A stretch of DNA of 14,001 bases, taken from positions 1-14,001 of the forward strand of contig JASFEA010000084.1 of the NCBI GenBank assembly GCA_050125095.1. The letters run 5' to 3'. Source of the stretch: a bacterium. Lineage in GTDB: Bacteria > Arandabacterota > Arandabacteria > Arandabacterales > JALGWA01. The translations under genes and the position numbers were made by a program. The notes below the pieces were generated by a model. The model did not search any database and was not told the DNA's origin. It saw nothing but the letters and a program-made list of their open reading frames with translations. Below, piece after piece: positions 7,198 to 14,001 of this stretch (within the stretch, counting starts at the first letter, position 1; every line of letters starts with the position of its first letter).

Positions 7198-8559
7198 ATG
7201 GATTCATCCCCTCAGGACGTATGGCAGCAGATAGTCAAGGTCCTGGACGAGAAGCTCGACAGGCATAATCTGGAAACCTGGATAGTCCCCATAAGAGCAA
7301 ATGAGATCACGGACTCGGCACTCAGGCTGGGCGTCCCCAGCAAGTTTTTCGCGTCCTGGCTGGAGGAGCATCATCTCGACACCATCAGGGCCGCCCTCAG
7401 GGACATCACGGGCGCGTCGCTTGAAGTTGAATTCCAGATCCTGGCCACGGACGAGCCACCCCTGGAGACTGTGAGCGAGGAGGAGGCACCGGCCGAGCCC
7501 GCCCGGGATGCGCCCGTGAGAAGGAGCGCCAGCGGGACCTTTCTGAACCCCAAGTACACTTTCAAGAGCTTCGTGGTGGGGGGAGGCAACACCTTCGCCC
7601 ATGCGGCCGCGCAGGCCGTGTCCGAAAAGCCCGCACGGGCATATAACCCTCTCTTTATCTATGGCGGCGTCGGCCTGGGCAAGACCCACATAATGCAGGC
7701 CATCGGCAATTACGTGCTGGACAACAAGCTAGACCTCCGGGTCTGCTACACCTCGGCCGAGCGCTTTATGAACGAAATGATCTACTCCATCCAGCACGGC
7801 AGCACCCTGTCTTTCCGCAACAAGTACAGGGGCATGGACGTTCTATTGATAGACGACGTTCAGTTCCTGGCCGGCAAGGAAAGCACCCAGGAGGAATTCT
7901 TCCACACCTTCAACTCCCTCTACGACGCCCACAAGCAGATTGTGCTCACAAGCGACAGGGCGCCAAAGGAGATACCCAACCTGGAGGAGAGGCTGGTCTC
8001 GCGCTTCGAATGGGGCCTGGTAACGGACATCCAGCCGCCCGATTTCGAGACTCGCGTGGCAATATTGAGGCAGAAAGCCGAGGAAGAGAGCCTCTCTCTC
8101 AATGACGAGGTTCTCCACACCATCGCCGACAAGATCAAGACCAATATCAGGGAGCTCGAGGGCTCGCTCGTCAGGCTGGTGGCCTACTCGTCATTTACAG
8201 GCCAGGAAGTCACACCCGAAATGGTGCCCGAGATCCTGAAGGACATTTTCGACACCAGGACCAGGGCTGTATCCGTGGACGACATCAAGCGCGTCGTCGC
8301 CGACCAGTACAATGTGAGCGCAGAGAGCCTGGTGGGGCGGAAGCGGACGTCCAACATAGCTTTCGCGCGCCAGGTCGCCATGTATCTGTCGCGCATGCTC
8401 ACAGATCTCTCCCTGTCGGATATCGGGGCCAGATTCGGCAAGCGCGATCACACCACCGTCATTCACGGCTGCGACAAGATAACAGAGAAGGCCAAGACGG
8501 ATCCCCAGTTCAAGGCCCTGCTGGGCCGCCTGGAAGAGGAGATCAAGCGTTCCCCCTGA
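7198..8559 (+). CDS. dnaA: Chromosomal replication initiator protein DnaA
   Basis: LNPKYTFKSFVVG, NPLFIYGGVGLGKTH (Walker A), LLIDDVQF (Walker B), QEEFFHTFN, RLVSRFEWGL, NIRELEG, RDHTTVIH. True start most likely ATG 7198 (GGGAGG at 7183-7188; domain I begins at MDSSPQDVWQQI), giving 453 aa rather than the 524 aa track ORF. Confidence 0.99.
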   Translation: MDSSPQDVWQQIVKVLDEKLDRHNLETWIVPIRANEITDSALRLGVPSKFFASWLEEHHLDTIRAALRDITGASLEVEFQILATDEPPLETVSEEEAPAEPARDAPVRRSASGTFLNPKYTFKSFVVGGGNTFAHAAAQAVSEKPARAYNPLFIYGGVGLGKTHIMQAIGNYVLDNKLDLRVCYTSAERFMNEMIYSIQHGSTLSFRNKYRGMDVLLIDDVQFLAGKESTQEEFFHTFNSLYDAHKQIVLTSDRAPKEIPNLEERLVSRFEWGLVTDIQPPDFETRVAILRQKAEEESLSLNDEVLHTIADKIKTNIRELEGSLVRLVAYSSFTGQEVTPEMVPEILKDIFDTRTRAVSVDDIKRVVADQYNVSAESLVGRKRTSNIAFARQVAMYLSRMLTDLSLSDIGARFGKRDHTTVIHGCDKITEKAKTDPQFKALLGRLEEEIKRSP

Positions 8560-8591
8560 TATAATCCGCGCTAACGCGCGGGTGGAGAGGC

Positions 8592-8815
8592 TGTGGATAA
8601 GGTCTTGACTCGCGCCGTGACCCCGGCTACGGCCGGGACGGCGGTGGATAAGCCAGGGCTTTTCCACAGGGCTTCAACCGGGAGCTAACACGCCAGGATC
8701 CGGGAGGTGGCGGGCCCTGTCAGGATGCGCAAGCATTAGAGAGCGGCGTTTAAGATAATCCACATTTCCACGGCTCCTACTATTATTTCTACTATAAGCT
8801 TTATTAATTAATAAG
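8592..8815. promoter_or_regulatory. oriC part 2: DnaA boxes, DnaA-trios and AT-rich DNA unwinding element
   Basis: TGTGGATAA 8592-8600, GGTGGATAA 8643-8651, TTTTCCACA 8660-8668, tandem TAATCCACA 8756-8764 / ATTTCCACG 8764-8772, GC spacer, trios CTA CTA TTA TTT CTA CTA 8777-8794, AT-rich TAAGCTTTATTAATTAATAAG 8795-8815. Confidence 0.93.
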
Positions 8816-8916
8816 AAGAAGCAATTGGGGAAAAGACCGGGTGGGACCGCCTCACAGGCCGGCCGGCAGTGGCCGTTGCCACCTGGAGAAGATCGCCCGC
8901 AGGCCTTGAAAACTCT

Positions 8917-8945
8917 TTGACACTGCCCGGCGCGTGGCATAGACT
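8917..8945 (+). promoter_or_regulatory. Putative sigma70 promoter of dnaN-recF-dciA-gyrB
   Basis: TTGACA (8917-8922), exactly 17 nt, TAGACT (8940-8945); 29 nt upstream of the preferred dnaN start. Confidence 0.78.
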
Positions 8946-8974
8946 CTTCCCTTGGAAAGACGATGGGGGGTAAG

Positions 8975-10090
8975 ATGAAAGTCAGAATTAAACAAGATGA
9001 TTTATCGAGAGTTCTCAGCCTGGTTACGGGTGTGGTCCCGACCAGCTCGGCTATTCCAGTTCTGTCGAATCTGCTCCTGGAGACCGAGGGAGAGAACCTG
9101 AAGATATCGGCCACAGACCTGGACATATCCGTAATCAGTTCGGTTGGCTGTGAAATCGGAAAGCAGGGGGCAATCACAGTTGCGGCCAAGCGCCTGCAGG
9201 AGATCGTGCGCGAGCTGCCGGACGAAGACATCGATATTAAAGTCGACGGCGAGAAGATCAGCATCACGTGTTCGCGTTCGACTTTCAGGATGATGGGGAT
9301 GGAGAAGGAGCAGTTCCCCAAGATCGCGAATCTGGTCAAGGAAAAGAAGATCAAACTCTCGGGGGATCTCCTGGAGAAAATGATAAGGCGAAGCGTTTAC
9401 TCGGTTGCCAGGGACGACACGCGCCCGGTCCTGAGCGGCGTGCTCTGGGAGCTCGGCGGGAGCGAGATCGCGATGGTCGGGACCGATGGGCACCGCCTGT
9501 CGCGAATGGCGGCGACCGGTGGCTTCGGTATTTCGGATGAGCAGTCGGTGATAGTGCCTCCCAAGGCGCTCACGCAAATACAGAGACTCATCGGGGCAGG
9601 GGACGAGGTCGAGGTGGCCATCGACAAGGCGTTTGTCGGCTTCTTCGTGGGCGGAACAGTGGTATACGCGCGGCGCATAGAGGGCACCTTCCCCAATTAC
9701 AAACAGGTCATTCCCAAGAGCAATCCCAATGTCATGTCCATCGACAGAGCCGAACTGAACAGCGCCACCAGGCGGGTGTCGCTACTGGCGGATTCGAAGA
9801 CGCATAAGATGAAGATGCACCTGGGGAAGGCCGGTGTGAAGCTTACCGCGAGCACGCCGGACCTGGGTGAAGCCGAAGAAGAACTGCAGGCGACGTATGA
9901 CGGTGAGGAAATGGTGGTCGGATTCAATGCGAGCTATATCATAGACGTGCTCAAGACCACCGAGAGTGAAACCATGAGGTTCGAAATGGGAACGCCGGTG
10001 GGCGCGACCATTGTCAGGCCGGCCGAAGAGCCGGAAGGCGAAACCTATATGTGCCTCGTGATGCCGCTCAGACTTGCCGATCAGACATAG
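8975..10090 (+). CDS. dnaN: DNA polymerase III beta subunit (sliding clamp)
   Basis: IPVLSNLLL, ISATDLDISV, RPVLSGVL, VGTDGHRL, IEGTFPNYKQVIP, GFNASYIIDVL, VMPLRL. ATG 8975 (after GGGGGG) preferred over ATG 8963. Confidence 0.98.
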   Translation: MKVRIKQDDLSRVLSLVTGVVPTSSAIPVLSNLLLETEGENLKISATDLDISVISSVGCEIGKQGAITVAAKRLQEIVRELPDEDIDIKVDGEKISITCSRSTFRMMGMEKEQFPKIANLVKEKKIKLSGDLLEKMIRRSVYSVARDDTRPVLSGVLWELGGSEIAMVGTDGHRLSRMAATGGFGISDEQSVIVPPKALTQIQRLIGAGDEVEVAIDKAFVGFFVGGTVVYARRIEGTFPNYKQVIPKSNPNVMSIDRAELNSATRRVSLLADSKTHKMKMHLGKAGVKLTASTPDLGEAEEELQATYDGEEMVVGFNASYIIDVLKTTESETMRFEMGTPVGATIVRPAEEPEGETYMCLVMPLRLADQT

Positions 10091-10107
10091 GCCCGGGGTT
10101 CCGGGCC

Positions 10108-11227
10108 TTGCGCATCCGCACCCTTACCCTCAAGAATTTCAGGAACTTCGCTGACCTGTCGGTCCGGTTCAGCGACCGGCGCAATGTAATCCTGGGCGCG
10201 AACGCGGAGGGCAAGACCAATATACTCGATGCGGTCCATATGCTCGGCGTTGGACGATCGCATCGGGAGCGCCGCGACTCCAATCTCGTCAAGTTCGGAG
10301 AGGACTACTACCGCATAGAGGGGGTCTTCGATCACATAGGCGTCAAGACCACCATCGAGGTGGCCTACAGCGTGGAAGGCAAGCGCATCCGGATAAACGG
10401 CAAGAACGCCAGGACTTCCGATCTCGTCGGGCTGGCCGCCGTGGTTATAACGTCCCCCGACGACATCGACCTGATTAAAGGCGGCCCGCAGCTCCGCAGG
10501 AGGTTCCTTGACATTGCCATATGCCAGACGAGCCGCGAGTATCTTGCGACGCTGCAGCAGTACGTGCGCGCGCTGGCCCAGAGAAACGTCCTCTTGAAGG
10601 ACGCCAGGGACGGGGGCGAGAAGCCCGACACGGGCGTCTGGGACAAGGCCCTGATCGAGGCGGGCTCGAGAGTGGTTGCCATGCGCTATGGATTCCTGGA
10701 TTTCCTCTCCCCCATGGTACAGGAGGGCTTCAGTCTCATCTGCGGCGCAGAGACCGGAACGGCCCTCACCTACGAGCCGCGTGGTTACAGCCCGGAGGCC
10801 GGCAAGGCTCCCGAGGCGGAACCGGTCCCGCAAGCCGATGTCATTGCCGCCGCGCTCAGGGAAGCGCTTGAGAGGAACCGGGACGGGGAGGTCGGCCGCG
10901 GCTACACGATGGTGGGGCCGCATGTGGACGACTTCACGTTTCTGGCGGACGGGCGCGACCTCAGGACCTTCGGTTCCGAGGGGGAGCAGCGGACTGCCGT
11001 GCTGTCGCTTCGCTGCGCCGAAGCGAGCGCGATAAAGCGGCGCCTCGACAAGTCTCCCATAGTGCTCCTCGACGACATATTCGCCGAGCTCGACGACGCC
11101 CGCGGAGCCGCTCTTATCTCTTTGATTTCGCGCTTCGATCAGATAGTATTGACATCGTCGAGGCAGAGTCCTCTTGGTGCTGAAAAGGTGCATAGAATAA
11201 GCGTCAAAGACGCCCGGGTGACCTACG

Positions 11228-11241
<14 letters not shown>
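10108..11241 (+). CDS. recF: DNA replication and repair protein RecF
   Basis: Family N-terminus (M)RIRTLTLKNFRNF places the start at TTG 10108; Walker A GANAEGKTN, RRRFLD, QRNVLLK, GPHVDD, signature GSEGEQR, Walker B LLDDIFAELD. Confidence 0.96.
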
Positions 11242-13487
<2,246 letters not shown>

Positions 13488-13530
13488 TTGTCCGGCAGAA
13501 GCTTGTGAATCGTTATCAGGGAGGTGCGAC

Positions 13531-14001
13531 ATGAGGAAGGCCTTAATCGTAATATTCGTACTGCTTATCCCGGGAGTGGTGCTGGGCGATCTCCTGATCA
13601 AGGAGAAGGTGTCGAGCTCGGGCGCCATGGGCATGTGGGAATCCGAGGGGACGGAGACGACCTATATAAAGGGCGATAAGGTTCGTACGGACTCTGAGAT
13701 GAAGGTCAAGGGCATGATGGAGGCGATGATGTCCGAGCCGGACGTGGTGGAGACCCACATAGTCCGGATTGATAAGGGCGTCATATGGACGCTGAACAAT
13801 GAAGACAAAACCTATATCGAGCTCGCCGTCAAGGACATGGGCGACATGGGCGACATGGGCGAGATGGGCGGCGATGTCGAAAGCAGCATGAATGTACGCG
13901 ACATCAAGCTCACCAAGACCGGCGACACCAAGACGATAGCCGGCTACAAATGCGAGGGCATTCTCGTAGAGGCGGTTGCCGACATTGAGACCGAGAACGG
14001 C
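13531..14001 (+). CDS. Secreted DUF4412-like protein, 5' part (runs off window end)
   Basis: Not in ORF track; SD GGGAGGTG 13519-13526, ATG 13531, open for 157 codons: signal-peptide-like MRKALIVIFVLLIPGVVLG, then TTYIKGDKVRTD, IVRIDKGVIWTLNNEDKTYIE and KTGDTKTIAGYKCE, a pattern I recognise from DUF4412/GLPGLI-related proteins. The CDS is secure; the family call is from memory. Confidence 0.75.
   Translation, partial: MRKALIVIFVLLIPGVVLGDLLIKEKVSSSGAMGMWESEGTETTYIKGDKVRTDSEMKVKGMMEAMMSEPDVVETHIVRIDKGVIWTLNNEDKTYIELAVKDMGDMGDMGEMGGDVESSMNVRDIKLTKTGDTKTIAGYKCEGILVEAVADIETENG
13834..13869 (+). repeat. In-frame 9-bp tandem repeat (GACATGGGC)x3 + GAGATGGGC
   Basis: Read directly; encodes DMG-DMG-DMG-EMG. 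Confidence 0.95.

Noticed and set aside
8605..8633. TTGACT-N17-TACGGC possible promoter
   Set aside because: The -10 lacks the conserved final T and is GC-rich; the sequence is better explained by the hairpin.
8654..8674. Direct repeat CAGGGCTT at 8654-8661 and 8667-8674 around a DnaA box
   Set aside because: Only 8 bp in two copies and partly made of the box itself; not distinguishable from chance.
6708..8974. Dam/SeqA-type GATC control of the origin
   Set aside because: I saw no GATC in the upstream spacer and only two in the downstream spacer (8697, 8891); no enrichment.
8674..9354. 226-aa minus-strand ORF crossing the DUE and dnaN 5' end
   Set aside because: Mostly an antisense shadow of dnaN extended through origin sequence; no SD or protein features.
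10051..10107. Longer RecF start at GTG 10051 inside dnaN
   Set aside because: The extra residues do not resemble RecF; the family N-terminus matches TTG 10108.

Overview
This window is the chromosomal replication origin region of a GC-rich, probably diderm bacterium (YidC has a large periplasmic domain and a DciA-type gene is present; the lineage cannot be assigned from sequence alone). The minus-strand operon is rpmH-rnpA-yidD-yidC-jag(khpB)-mnmE-mnmG-rsmG (partial). The divergent plus-strand cluster is dnaA-dnaN-recF-dciA(DUF721)-gyrB, followed by a secreted DUF4412-like protein (partial) rather than gyrA. The gene content is conserved housekeeping and I see no mobile element, CRISPR array, RNA gene or new multi-gene system. 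The interesting signal is in the short non-coding gaps. (i) oriC is bipartite around dnaA, with a Bacillus-like unwinding module (tandem DnaA boxes, GC spacer, six DnaA-trios, AT palindrome) downstream of dnaA. (ii) A perfect parS palindrome sits between the only SD-like sequence and the mnmG start codon. (iii) A perfect extended -10 is built from the dnaA stop codon and is followed by two tetraloop hairpins. (iv) A promoter-proximal SD and 97-codon upstream ORF span the dnaA leader. (v) A hairpin fills the whole dnaN-recF gap. rpmH, rsmG and the last CDS are missing from the supplied ORF track, and several track starts (dnaA, dnaN, recF, jag) are probably too far upstream.
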